Assembly: GCA_037447605.1 (NCBI GenBank)
Contig: CM074809.1
Span: forward strand, 2,656,689-2,720,688
Length of the DNA: 64,000 bases
Direction of reading: 5' to 3'
From: Zygnema circumcarinatum SAG 698-1b
Lineage: Eukaryota; Plantae; Zygnematophyceae
Position 1 is the first letter of the stretch. Each line of letters begins with the position of its first letter. The notes beneath the pieces were generated by a model, which saw nothing but the letters and a program-made list of their open reading frames with translations, was not told the origin of the DNA and did no database searches. Of this stretch, positions 12,114 to 26,994 are shown piece after piece. A program made the translations under genes and the position numbers.

Positions 12114-14279
12114 ATGGTCGCCCTGGATGCCCTGCGGCGCGCCTCCGCCTCCGCCTCCCTGCCGCCCTTCCCACTCGCCTTCCCGGCTGCCCACTCTCAC
12201 TCCCATAGTGTCCCGGTCCAGTGGGCTTGGCCGCCTGCCTATGGGCGGAGGCTGGCCTCGAATGGAGCGGGAGAAGGGACCGGCATGGCTGCACGAGCAA
12301 GAAGGCTCTGCGAGACGAGCGTCTCCGCGCGCTGCTGGATGCCAGTCGTCCAGGCAGGTCTGAAGGCAGTACATGTGGCTGCTGATCAGGCGCGAGACCT
12401 TCCCGAAACACCACGCAGCGCCTCTTTGAACCCAGGTTTAACGTCAGGATCAGGGTTAGGGCTAGGGTTTCCCCTTTTGAAGGTGCACGGCGCAGTGGCT
12501 TTTATACTTCTCGGCGTCGCCGTGGGGCGAGATGTCAGCTTCGCTCTCCCTGTGGATGTCGCGGAGGCTTCGCAAGTGGGAGCCATGGCGGCAAGGAGCA
12601 GCACGCCGTTTGAGCTTTCTGTGGCTGGCGGCTTTTCCTTCCCTTGGCAGGAAGACGAGGAACAGGTGGCACCCTCTCGAGGCGTCTGCGCCACGTGTAT
12701 CGGAGTGGTGGATGAGACTCTCGGCGTGTGCGGAGCCGTTAAAAATTGCGTCTCGTCGTATGATGATAGGTGAGCCAGCGGCCGGCCCTTGCGGCGCCGT
12801 GAACCTGTCGTGGTCTTGCACTTGGCGCCCTTCCTCTCAGCTTTGTAGGCGCACTTCTGCATGGTTTCTGCACTGCAGTTTGTGGCACACTGCCCTTCCT
12901 AGGACTACCACAGAAATTACAGAGCATCATGACGTTTGGTTAATGTCTGCTTTTCTTTGAGTAATTCCTTTTCATCATGGGGGAGAGGGGATAGAGGTGT
13001 ATTGGCGGTCTGTACGTGACTCTGTTACTTTCTGCTCATAGCATCTAGGGTTACAACCGCCAGGAAGTGGAATGGAAAAGCTGAAGCTGAACCTTTCCCC
13101 TTCAAAATTTGGACCAACATTCACAACAGGCAGTGATCTCACGCTTGTCTTGAGCATTTGTGGGATGCAATTCGTGGATTTATCTTGCATGGGAGAGATT
13201 CACATGACTGTAACCGTATTTCGTGGTGCTGGTGGTGTTGAAACTTCACTCTTAAGGTACAAGAGAGTCATGAATTCAGGACTTTAGTATGTGCATACCT
13301 TATCTAGCTCTTCAATAGCATGCTCATCCCTTGCAAACATGACGATGCCACACCGCCCCCTCCCTCCCAGACATAGGGGTTCTCGATCGCCTGGTTGAAT
13401 GCAAGGAGGGTCCGTTTGCAGACGCTGACGTGTCCCCGCAATGGCTCGCATGAGGAGTTCGCCAGACCTCCGTTTTTCGTCGCTCCGTGGGAGTACGAGG
13501 GCGCCCTCCAGGAGGCTGTGGCCAAGCTGGCCGAGGCGGCAGTTCGGGAGGGAGGCTCCGTTCAAGAGCAGCGTGACAGGTGGAGCCTTTCTCTTGCGCG
13601 GAATGTGGGCACCCTGCAATTCACTCGAAAAGAGAGCCTTTCGTGATTCAAAATGTGTTCGAGGCTTGTGGTGTATATGTCGATTTTCAACCCCGCAGGT
13701 TCTCCTTGCTGAGCGTGCTCGGTTTTCAGCAGGTATCTGTACGTGACATTCGAAGATGCGGACGGGACAGTTGACGACGTCGAGTTTCTGTTCAGCGAAC
13801 CTGCTGAAGATCAGACTCTGAACATTCGCGCGGCATCGCGAGCGGTTAAGCGGCAAGATGGCGGCCGAAACGGCAAGCGACTTGAAGCTATGCGACTCAG
13901 CCTTCAGTGGGAGGAGGTGCCTCTCATCACCGTCCTTACTGCGTTTCTAACTGTATACGATCGTGTGTCTTTCAGCACCCCTGGAGCATCTGCAATGAAT
14001 TGGAACTTAACGAGTTAACAGTCGCTTACGATGATGAAGTTGTGTGATGTTCAATTTTTGTGTGCTCCTTATCTGCATCGGCATAGTCAAGTAGTGATTT
14101 TGCTTGCGACACGCTGCAGACCACTGATCCTTCGTCTGATCCTTCGGCAGGTGCCTATTCTGCGCAACAGGCAAAGGCGATTTTTTGTGATCGAGTCCCC
14201 CTGGGACAATTTTGGGCCCGAGCCGCCACCTGTCTATGACTTCGAGAAAGGACTCGAGTTCGCACCAAATGCCGACTAG
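12114..14279 (+). CDS. DUF1499-family protein, probably plastid/thylakoid-targeted (360 aa)
   Basis: Exons 12114-12769, 13466-13579, 13733-13916 and 14151-14279 total 1083 nt in frame. Motifs: LGVCGAVKNCVSSYDDRPPFFVAPWEY, DGTVDDVEFLF, IRAASRAVKRQDGGRNGKRLEAMR, WEEVPILRNR. Ala/Ser/Arg-rich N-terminal transit-like leader. Confidence 0.85.
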
Positions 14280-15292
14280 AGCGTAGGAAGAGAATACTCT
14301 TGTTCACATGAATATGTTGGAAAGGAAAAAAACGTTTCTTCCCACTCTTGCCCTGTGTGTCTGCGGCGTCCGTACACCTTTGTCCTAAACTTTCAACATT
14401 AGCAAAGCAACTGTAATCCATTTTCCGCACGCGCTGAGTTTCACCTCATCAGCGGTCCATAAAACAACACGGAACGCTCCCTTTGTTAGTGGTGTTAATC
14501 CTCCACTTGTCAAATCCAAAAGCCGGCTCTGGGAGTTGTACGGTGCTGCTGGCGACAGATACCCCAGACGGCATGGGAGAAATTCGATCGCCTCTACTTT
14601 AAGATAGATACACTCATGCAAGGCAGCCTGTCGAACAGCCTGTTCTTCAGAACATGAACGAAGGTCACTTCTCGTCCCCGGATCTGCAGATGAGATCAGA
14701 GTGGCACATAGTCTTCTTTCCTCCTCCGTTCACGTCTCTGTCTCGTACCTTCTCCGCTTTCGCTTTCCCCGCCGAGCGTCAGCGGCTGACTCGTTGCGAT
14801 TCCGGCAGTTCCAGTCAAAGAGTGAACCGTAAAATCTGAAGTGGTCGCGGCCTGCGAATGGGTTCAACATCCCAAGTGCCGACGGCGTCAGCAAAAACCA
14901 TAATGGCGTCATATTGCCGAAGAAAAAACTAGAAAACAAACATGAGAACAAACCGCCCACACGAGACAAGTCCCGTACTTGGCAGGTTCCGTACGGATTG
15001 GGTCCCCCCGGGTCCCCGACGGTCCCTGGGCCGGCAAGCAACACATGGCCGCACGCGCAAATTTTTAAAACTTTCGATTTTTAACTCTGGTTTCAAACCA
15101 GGTATTCCAAATTCCAATAAAATTCGAGCCCAGCAAAATTGGACCAATTAAACCAATTTTACCGCCATCCATCCCTGCTGCACTGCCGAAAGTTTGGATG
15201 CCAAAGTTTGGAAGGACCAAGGTCAGGTTCAGGTCCAAACGAGGGCGACCGGCGGGGCGCGGCCGCCATGCACCCACCGCTTGCGCTTGAAG

Positions 15293-15332
<40 letters not shown>

Positions 15333-15467
15333 CGCTGGGCAGGAATAGGGATCGCTTTCGTTTCATTGTGGGGACGAGCGCCGACAGAGAAACCAAGAGT
15401 GGAACGTAAAAGTGATTCTGGTTCTGATTCTGATTCTAATTTTGATGCACGAGGCCGGGTGGCGGCC

Positions 15468-16908
<1,441 letters not shown>

Positions 16909-17510
16909 TATGGGAGAGTACGGAAGCACACTTTCTTCAGGTATTGGCGATGTTGAAGACAATAAGCAAGCTTGTGGCATGTGTGTCAAGCTTATTTCCG
17001 CACGGTCACTGTTTCTCTGACATTTCCACGCATAAAAACTAGTCTGACTGTCGGCTTTGATTGTCGATGTGCCCTTCAGAACAAGAGCAGTAATTTGACA
17101 CCCATCTATTCCCAAGAGACCCTGCAGAGTAGTTAACTCACACACCTTGTTTACAGAGGGAGAGGAACAAGCCACCCTGAAAATTGGGAGTGATTGTGCC
17201 CTAGTCATGCCTCCATTAGGGGAAATTCAAACATTGAAAAGTTTCGCTCTTGGCCCGACCACGCTCTTCCATGCACAAGGCCACGCCCAGCCGGATAGGG
17301 TGGCCGCATGTGTTGCATATGGAAGTGTGTGCATGCATGCCTCGTCATCCGGCTGGAATGTGCGTCTCTGAAGAGGACCGGCCATTACTTTAACGGAATT
17401 CCATAACACCAAACGTTTACAGTGTGTAGCCACAAGACGCGTGCCCACTAGCAAGTGGGCAAAACTTGATAAAGCCTTTATGATATCATTGCAACATATG
17501 TAGTTCAGAG

Positions 17511-20500
17511 CTACATCGCTTCTCTCAACTGGAATCGCTTTGCAAGAGTGCGCGCCTTGTCGTACTCGTTCAAATCCACCAGCATGCGCTTCACTCTGCG
17601 GGCTAGGCCCAAAAATTCGTCAGACGAGCCTCCCGCTTCCCTCCTGCTCTCAAGAGTGTGTGCGAGCATGTTGATGTAGCTCACCAAGGGCGACAACTCG
17701 GGGCTGCACCCACAACAAAAAAAGCCTCAGATATGTCTCCTCCAACAAACAGAGCGAACCATGGGAACTGGCCCAAACCCTTGACATCGACGCGAGCCAC
17801 CTGCTCCCAGATGCGATAAGATCCACGATAGAATCATTCTAAGCTCACCTAATTTGACCTGCAACAGAGGGCCCGATCCATAGAGTCTTCAGAGCAGCAA
17901 GGAGGCGCTCTGTGCGCGCAAGAGCGTCGTGAGGCGTTGGCAGGAGGCTGCGCAGGTGCGGCAGAATTTGCCGCGCCACGAGGGCCTCCAGAGCGAGCTG
18001 GTCGAGCAGAGGGCGCGCAAGCACCTCCCGCCACGCCGCCACATTGCGCAAAAGCCGCAGCGCTGCGCCAAAGAGGTGAGCAGCCAACCGGCCGGCTGAA
18101 GGGACAGCAGCGAGGACAGCGGGCGTCCATGCAGGCACCTGAATTTCATAACATGAGAGTGCCCAGGAAAGAATCTATATCAGGCTATTTGTTTCACGAA
18201 TCAGACAGGAAAGGAGGCGAGGAGGCTAAAAAGAGGACAATCCTCCGTGGTCCCTCCCTCCACAGCCACAACCGATGGCCTCCACTCCCTTCATTTCCAG
18301 TCCTCCCCCTCTCACCTGAGTTTTCGCAATAGTGTCTGTCAACCGCTTCTTCACATCGGCCAGCACCTCCTGCAGTGACTCACTTTCCACCGGCACGTAA
18401 ATGAAAACCTCCTGCAGGGCAGCCACCGCCCTGGCCGTGCCTCCTTGGCTGAAGGGGTCCCAGCAGGTCGCCAGACTATGCCGCAGCATCGGCAGAGCTA
18501 CCTTCTCTACCAGGCGAGGGACAAGGTTCATATCGGGGTCGTCGGGGTTCGCTTCTCCTCCGCTACTCGAGGGCACTCCATAGTCAAACAGCAGATTGTA
18601 CCTGCAGCGACAAGGGCCAGCAGAGTTAGTTTGGAGCTAACAGGTCGCAAAGACATTACTTCAGACTGACCATTCTCACAAGGCAAAACAAAAACATGGT
18701 AGCTTTTGCATCTACACTGGGTCGGTCTCCAGAACCTAACAAATGCTGCTTCATTAACTGCCAGTCAGTTTGTTCGAATACTGATAAAATGCGATGAACT
18801 CAAAAGGAGACCAGGTGGGATGAACCTGCCAGTTCATGGAGTCGAAACCTGCATTCCCATAGAGCGGATCCCATCGGAGAAGTTCTAGGCGGACATAAGG
18901 GGAGAAAAGTGTTGGAGTGGATAGAGAGCAGTAGGCGTCCCGATATGTCACAGGATACTTCAGCTTCCACGACTCAAATCTCTGCTTTACCTTGGTCAGG
19001 TTAGCAAACTCTTCTGCAGCGTCACCAAATACACCATCTGGACAAGGAAAAGATAGAACAGAAAAAAACATGTGTGTAAATTCATCGCGTAAGTCTCATT
19101 TCGAACAACCCTGCACTGAAAACGCTGAGATAGACAGTCAATAGTTTTAGCAATTGTTATGATGTATTTTATAAAGTAAAGCGACAATTAGAAAAATTAC
19201 TCCTAAAACACACTTTCTCTCATTTGTAGAGTTTCGACATTTTTCTGCCATGGCAGTGCTAGGAGACAAGGACAAGGAGTTCCTCAGCTCCATTGGGCGT
19301 GAATGAATCAGTAAAATTAACCTTGGAGATGAAAGTGAGGCTGGAGACATCGACTTATGAGCTGGGCTACAACTGATTTCTTTGGCTAGTACACCCGACT
19401 GATTTGTGCACAGCCAATTCTCTCTCAATTCCCATCAAGACCCACTTCACGTTTCTACCTGGATACAGTGCAGATGTGCACTTCAGACAAGAACTCCGCC
19501 ATTGTAACAGAACCACAACATACCTGCAACAGCTAAAACCTTTTGTCTTGCAGAGACGTAGGCCGTCTGCTCGCTCTCGCTCTCGTCACTGCTCGATTCC
19601 CCCTCCACTGCTGCAGGAGCGCCATTTGGCAGCCCCCCATTGGCCTCAGCTTTCCCTCTGCGAGCTGCAGCTCGAGCTTTCCTTCGCTCGCGTGCTTCCT
19701 GACGCCGTTTTGCTTCCAGTCTGAAAAGGACAAAGACAAGACGCAGAAAGTACTCCGTGACAACCCCATATGGTTCACGAACCTGGACCATTTTACTGGC
19801 AACAGAAGTCAAACCATCTAACGTTCAATTCTCACACATAGTCACAGGAAATGAGTTGCACAATATGCGACTGTCTTTCAAAACCAAACATAGGCTTCTC
19901 AAACGGGCAAGTGATCGAGGACCCATCAGAGAATCACGCAAGGTGTCACTCTGCTGACATGCAAAGATTGCAGAAGCAAACCTCTTTTGCATGTTCACAT
20001 CTCTCCCAAACTCATCTAGTTGGGGCGCCACTCCAGTTCCATCCCTCACAGCTTCTGCGGCAGCTTTTGCAGCAGCTGCCGCTGTAACTGTGCCTGCTCC
20101 GCGGCCCATGGCCGCAAAGGCTGCCGCCATGGCTGCTTCCGCTTCTGCCATTTCATCAGCATTGTCTGCTGCCCTCCGCTCCGCTAATGCTTGTGCTCGA
20201 TCTTCATAAACCTTCTTTATTTCCTCTTCCAACTCCTCAATCAAGGGTGCCTTATCCTGTACAGCCACCACCCAAGTCATAAAGTTCGCTTCTTTATTAT
20301 GGCAATGTCACAAGGTCACATTGGCATTGCTCCAACAACGAATCGAATATGTCCCAAGATCATGGTGTTAACGTACCCGCAAAAAGTCACACAAGGTGGT
20401 TACATAGTCCTTCAGTTCTTGCACAAAGCGGTACTTTTCTCCCGCCTCCGCAAGGCCTCCCTCTAACGCAAGAACGTTTTCAGCTGCTTGAACAAGGCTG

Positions 20501-23119
20501 CCTTCAGCCCTCTCAACCTCCCGGTGACTTTTCATGTGAGCCTCCTGCAAACGAACCACGTCTCCATTAATCAACCGTACAACCTTTTCCGCTTGACTGG
20601 TTATTTAATATGCACAGTGCTTACGCTTCAGGGCTTCCAACACCGCCAAAACCAACCACATTGGTGATTCTCCATTTTAAAACCAATAGATATAGCATCA
20701 ACTTCACCTTTGATCTAGACAGAGTGGAGATCTGCCTACGTACAACCCGGCAAGCAATTCAAGGAGATTGATCCGACATACAAACCCCTACAGGTTCCAT
20801 ATGGATGTCCTACAAGGGATTTGTTTATAAGGAGTTTACGGCAGGGCCAAAAAGTGACTTCTTTTCACTCACTCTCAGCCGTTCCACCCCATCTCGCAAA
20901 GACTTCATCACTGCCTGTCCTTGCTGCGCTGCACTTTGTGCTTCAATCCTTCCATATGCCCACATGCCAGCTCCTCCCATCCCTTCATAAGCAGCCCCCC
21001 TCGACACACCTGTACGGAAATCTAAACCCCCAGCAGCTGCCCCACTAGTTGCTGGCCTACTACTTGCCGCCTCTCTTCCAGCGCCCTGCGTCACCTCCTC
21101 CACCCTCTTGCCCACACCTTTCCTGAGTTGTTCTTCCTCCCATCGCAGAGCCTCTTCATCTTCTTCATCAAGAGCATGGGCTCCTTCTGCCCCTGAAATC
21201 TCAGATATGCCTCCTGTACCCAATCCTGGGACAGAGGCCGCCTCCTCTCCCACTCCTCCTTTCGTCTCCCTGCTGGCAACTCCATCTGCAGCAGCATCCT
21301 TTGTGACCCTGCGTCCCCTTCTTTCACCTCTCTTCTTCGCCTTGCCACCATCACCTACAAATACCATGCGCCCTGCATCGTCATCCTCACCACTGGATTC
21401 TCTCTCCTCCTTCTCTTCTAAGTCATCTTCCTGCTCCCTCACCAACCCTGACTCCCGATATCGGCTTCTGTCAGGTCGCCCCATTTCTCCTCCTCCAGCG
21501 ATGGGAATATAATCTGGTGCAGCCTGTGCCTGCCGCAACCTTTCCCGCTTCGCCTTTGCTGCAGCAATGGCTGCAGCATCGGGAATGTGCGTGATACCTC
21601 CCGGTTCAGCTCCTCTACCAATGCCCATCAGACCCAAACGGTTTTCCATCTCTGTCTGTACATCCAACTGATTGGAGTTGGAAGTTCGCGCTGCTAGATG
21701 GTCGCTTGACACTAATCCCTGGCCAGCCCTTGCGGGTTCTAAACTCGGAGGCTTCAGAAGTCCCTTTAAGACTACCACTGGCTCTGAGGCACTTTCAGTT
21801 GGTTTGGGTGGCGGAGGGGGGGGCTTTCTAGGCACTACGAGACTGCGGGTGTTCCTCTGCAGACAAAAAAACACAAGACCTCAGGATTACTACCAACCAC
21901 GTTCATCCTAAGGTGCAGGTGAAAATCGCAACATGTTAAATAGAAAATTGCATAATCGACAAGGAGAACTTGCCAGAAACATTTCTTGTGATAGAAAGAC
22001 AGCGAAAAAAACGGCTTTGATGCCTTTGTCTTTAGCGTTTGATGTCTTTACCAAATAATTGGAGAGAACTAAAATCTCATTAGGACGAGGAATTCTCAAG
22101 TAACAGATATACCAATGAGTGGAGCCGAAACAAAACTTGCAGAAGGGGGCACATCGAAACCGAATAAGCGACACTGATCACTACACACTGTCACTTGTTT
22201 GATTTGAACTCCTAGCAAGTCTTAATCATTTCCAAGTCTGACTGGCAAAACCGACTCTGTACAATTTTTTTCTCGTGTACTAAGTCAACACGTGAACTAA
22301 ATGGGCCTCAACAATGAACACAATAGCAATAAGGACTCCTACAATCGAACTAAAACAATTTGCAGATTTTGAGATCCACAAATGCCAAACTTTCAACGCA
22401 TAGCAGACCGTTAACCACTTGCCTAAATGCACGTTTGTGACCCTGCATTCAGGCTCGTAAAGTGCTAAAGTCTATCAACAATTTCAATTAAGTGGGCCCT
22501 TTCAACTGCATGATACATGCTTGATAGTTCATCTTTTAAAATGAAATGTGATGTCCTCATGGGTCTGGTTCTTAGGACCCCCAATTTCACCGCAAACACT
22601 GAGGTCTACCTCCGCTCCAAACCAAAAACAAGCGAAAGTGAGGAAACCCACCGCAAGTTCTTCAAGCTTCTCTTTCGTATATTCTCCCGCTGAAGTCTGC
22701 AAGGATATGGGAACTTTGGCAGAAGGTTCTTTCGTTCCCTTTACTGATCCTAACTTATGACCTGGCCCTTGCCCCGTTCCAAGCCCTTTTCGTCCCTTCG
22801 TGAGTACCCTTCCATCTTCTCCCTCCTCGTCCTCACCGAAGCTAGAAATCCTACTTTTAGGTTTTTCCTTCTTCTTCGTGGCAGCTATAGAAGCCCCTTC
22901 AGCCTCGCCGTCGTCTCCTCCGAAGCTCAACAGGCTTGTTGCACCGCCTCCTGGAAGAGACTTCGGCTTCTCCTTTCCTTTTTCCTTCTTGTTCCCATTC
23001 AACCCGCCAGCTGTTGCAACTCCAACTCCCCCACCAGCCGATGCCTTTTCATCGACGCCGACGTCGTCAGCGTCGTCGACCCGACGGCGAAAATTCGGCT
23101 TCTTCTTGCTTATGAACAT
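17511..23119 (-). CDS. ILP1: ILP1 / GCFC2 / PAXBP1 (NTR2-like spliceosome disassembly factor, GCFC domain)
   Basis: Nine exons joined in phase: 23119-22652, 21856-20873, 20544-20377, 20256-19982, 19720-19524, 19037-18830, 18601-18316, 18138-17849, 17703-17511. Motifs: AGEYTKEKLEEL, AQAAPDYIP, LDEFGRDVN, VKQRFESWKLKYPVTYRDAY, PYVRLELLRWDPL, C-terminal MLVDLNEYDKAR. Confidence 0.92.
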
Positions 23120-23270
23120 TCTGAAGGATGTTCCCGTGAGTGGCAGGCCAACAACCAGCAAAAAAACGAGTGCAAAACTGCCGGAACAGTGTGAATCAGC
23201 CTCCAGGGCCTTCGCGAGCAGCCATGACCTGCAGCTGCCAGCCGCTCCCTGCCAAGGATCCTCCTCCGGG

Positions 23271-23300
23271 TTAGGGTTAGGGTTAGAGTTAGGGTTAGGG
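23271..23300. repeat. Five TTAGGG-type telomeric units (telo-box-like) in the ILP1 5' region
   Basis: TTAGGG TTAGGG TTAGAG TTAGGG TTAGGG, about 150 bp upstream of the ILP1 ATG. G-boxes CACGTG follow nearby at ~23320-23363. Confidence 0.8.
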
Positions 23301-25220
23301 CTGTGCGCTTTCTCGGGGCCACGTGGTAGTCTCTTATTCGCTGTATGACACGTGGCACGTGCTGGTTCGCCGTCATTCCCTGTCTTCGGTTCCGTGTATT
23401 CATCCGTACAGTTTCGTTAAGGGGGGAAGGGCCCCGCCTTCTGTAGGGCGTCGTTGCGAGCGCCTCGACGTGGATGCGGACTTTGCAGGCCTGCGGCTCA
23501 CAAGGCAGAGCTAGGTCCTCTCCTTCGTCGTTAGGTCCTTCGTGACCGGTTCCTCGCAGTTCTCCATGTTGTTGTTTAACATGTACGGTTTATGGCATCG
23601 CCATCGCGAGTTCAATGATGCCATTTTCCCCGTTTTAGCGACTTGTAAAAGCTAGACAAGGTATGCAAAGCGCGGTGAAGGCACGTCAAAGCACAATTCT
23701 ACAAGCACCGGGGCGAAATGCGGCTTCAATCGCAAATCCTGGAACGATCATGGTTCAAGTCCGTAAGCCGTGCGACTCAACGATACTGTGTACAAACTAA
23801 AGCTCCGGTTGGTTTTTACGCTCTACGAAAGGGTGTACATCTACGAAAGGGTGTACATTGATGTACAGCATTCCACAATATTGTTCGGTCGTGATGTGCT
23901 GGTTTCCGATCATGCTTTTGTCCCTGTACATTTGATGGCCTCGCCATAGTGAGATCAATGCCATTTTCCTTTAGTCTTTTTTTTCCTTGAACATCTGTTT
24001 TGGCCTCGCACTTCATAACTTTAACAGCTACAAACATTCAAGATGAAACATGAAGAGCATGGGTCAAGACCCGCTGCATATTGAAAATTTCACAAAGTGA
24101 CATAAAAACGTTAATTTTGGATACTATTGAACCCCAAGGTAATGCATGCTCCGGCTTGCTCAGCGCACACCTGCTCAAGTCTGCACTTCTTTCATCGGGA
24201 GCACGCGCACGTCTTGGTCTTTGTTGACCACGAAACTGAGATAAATCGTCCAAACGAACCCACCGAAATTGCTACAAAGGGGCTGCGGAGAATCGCAAGA
24301 GCCCATCCCACGCCATCGTCAGCTGCAATTTCAAAACGTGGGTTTGATAAAGACTGTAAATCCACTGTGGTTTCTGACCTTCTGCTGTGTGCTTGCTTTC
24401 AGAATCTAAAGCGCAACTTGTCATAATGATACTGCCTCGTGTAGTGCTCTTTGCGATAATTTTAGTGAAACCTCCATTCACGCAACTGGTTCGCTTAGGC
24501 CTTCTTGCTGCCTCTCATACTCTTAAACACGCTTGAAAAGAAGGTGTTGCAACGGCTTTGTTGGCAGTGACACGTGGAGACTAACCTGAAGGCAAAGTGG
24601 GGTGAACCGGAAGTTGATCATATCGAATATTGGCCAAAACAGCACTCCTTTTAGGAGCGTGGGGATTAGATCTCGCTGAATGCGCATCTTAATCTCGTCC
24701 AATGAAGCCCCTATGATTCAGACACGCAAGGAAGAGCACAAGTAAATCTCAATGACTGTCTGTCTTGAGGAGATTGACCGCATTGAGAAAGTGAGTTTTG
24801 AACACCCTCCTTGAATCCACAAAAACAAGAGTCGCACCTATGGCCATACTTCTACGTTTCAGAGCTTGTTTTTTGGAGAAGTAATCATGAATGAACTAGA
24901 AGCACTTTACCCTGAGTGACTACTCGGAGGTGCATTGGAACTAGTAGCAACAAGTCAAGAGAATGTTTTGAAACATTGGAATGCAGTACTCAGGACATGG
25001 TAGATACGATTTGTTTATATGGCCTATGCATGCAAGAGTCAAAATACACACTCGATCATATCCTGCATATTTATGGCTATCAAAATAAACGTATGATAGG
25101 GAAGCAAGTCCACCCGGACGCACGATAATGTGCACTTGCAAGCTTCTAACTAGTCATACAAACACCCTCATCTTCGCAATTACTTTTTCCACCGTTATCC
25201 AACTGCAGAGGGAGGCTCAC

Positions 25221-26529
25221 CTTGAGCTGCGCCATTGAGGGCAAACCAGAGAGCAGTGGTGGGGGGCCCACAGAGAAGCTGCCCAAGCACCACTTTCTTC
25301 ACTGCAGTCAGGAGGCCGTTCCCGGGGACATAGCGCGCCAGAAAGCCATACCACAGGTGCAGGATGAGACCCCCTAAGAAACACGAAATCATCGCCATGC
25401 GTGCAGTCCTCGATATTTCAAACTGGGAAATGGGGTTGCGGATATCGCCTGACATACGCTGACATATGGAAATCAACTGCAAAGAGCACATGACACAGCA
25501 GATTCAGCGTTCAAACTAGCGATATGGACAAGTGGGAGGTTTTTTTAGAGTTTACGGCAGGTGTTCGTCCTCCTTTTACACAAAAAATGCAGATTTCAGT
25601 TCTGTGTCTACCGACGACCTCCCGGACAAAATCATTCAAGGCCAAGTGGATATAGAGCTGGTATAAGTCGGCTCAAATAGAATACTGAAACAACGAATAG
25701 AGCGATAAAATGACGAAAGTCCCGTCGTTGGCAACGCTTTGCAGGGGTACACGCTACTGCATCATTGGCTAATACTTAAATTTCACAGGCATATTCCTTG
25801 TTTCTATGCTTTCATCTGCAAGCGAAAAAATGTTTGCACTCCCCCTCAAAAAATGTTGAAGCGAATATTTTCCCCCCGTGACATCAAACTTCAGATACTC
25901 TCAACTCCCTCGTTAAGGGTGCTGTAGCGAAACACCTGCCACCAGTTAATGTTGTCATCGTACCATCATGAAGGTAGCAGATTGTGATGAATAGTACCAA
26001 AGTATTGAACCTCGTTTGACGGAAGTACCACTTGCAGTTTGAAAGGTAGTGAAAGTGACCACACATTTGTGACGATAAAGCGGCCACTCGTGAATGACTA
26101 TGCAAATAACTCAATCGAAAATCAAGAAATCTATATGCTAGGTGCAATCGACGTCCATACTTGAGCCGTAGCGTCTGCTGCAGCCGCTATAAAAGCTGCA
26201 GTCATGCTCTTTATAGCCAGTGGTCTCTTTTCAAGGGTCGTCAAGTAGAGCTGCAAAAGCTTCATTCCTCCTCCGGCCGTTGCAGCACCCGCTCCGCTCT
26301 GTCCACTCCTCGTATCCTTCCTCAACGGTTTCACAGAAAGGTAATGATGCCTGTGAGGACGCCGTTGAGCTGCAAACACATCTCGCCATGGCTGACTCGA
26401 CGAGACACCTCTCCACCCCAGCTGCTTCAAGCACGGAGCTTGGTGAGTCGTACCGTGCGTGTCAGCAAGACAAACTGCCCCGAAGAACGACCTCACATGG
26501 GGAAGAAGCCGCAACCGAGCCAGTGCCAT
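25221..26529 (-). CDS. Mpv17/PMP22-family membrane protein with N-terminal organellar transit-like extension (3' exons unresolved)
   Basis: Exons 26529-26161 and 25476-25221 give YLTTLEKRPLAIKSMTAAFIAAAADATAQ and RTARMAMISCFLGGLILHLWYGFLAR...AVKKVVLGQLLCGP, the family's TM1-TM3 signatures. The last exons were not confidently located. Confidence 0.8.
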
Positions 26530-26745
26530 CTCTTTCTCCTTCCTCTCCTTCTCCCAACTCCACTCCTGCTCCCTCTTCTCCCCCTCCCTTGGCCCCGCCG
26601 AGCTCTGCAGCCTTGCAGGAGCATGCCATGGCCACTGTTCACATGCGGCCGTCAAGCGTAGACGCTCAACTGCCCACGCTGTAACCAACGGCCCACGGAA
26701 CACGCCACACAGAACAGCGTGGCGTCGACTCTTTTTCATAGTTGC

Positions 26746-26911
26746 CACGTGATCATGGGTGGGCACGTGGCATCCACTCGCCGCTCCACGTGGAGCCATT
26801 TGCACGTGCCGGCAACGTGTACGCCACGCTTGCTGGACTCCACGTCGGAAAGTTCGTGCTTCTAACTGTCACGTGTCGACCTCCCAGAACGCCATGCAGA
26901 TCCGACGTGGC
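26746..26911. promoter_or_regulatory. Cluster of 8 ACGT-core G-box/ABRE elements plus an RY element in a bidirectional promoter
   Basis: CACGTG at 26746, 26764 (CACGTGGC), 26787, 26803 and 26870 (CACGTGTC); AACGTGT ~26814; CCACGTC ~26840; GACGTGGC at 26904; CATGCA at 26893. Confidence 0.75.
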
Positions 26912-26994
26912 ACGGTGCCCAGCCCCTATTTAGGACCTTCCTCCCGCAGACGATCGCTTCGCCGGTAGTCTGCAAGAGGAGGCGAGCGGGCGCC

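Noticed and set aside
23690-23775. tRNA T-loop-like GGTTCAAGTCC at 23752-23762
   Set aside because: No convincing acceptor, D or anticodon stems or A-box at the right spacing; at most a SINE remnant.
24270-25040. Candidate 3' exons of the Mpv17/PMP22 gene
   Set aside because: Two phase-compatible candidates exist (~24380-24272 and ~25020-24941), but neither shows the expected W..WP/NF..VP motifs convincingly.
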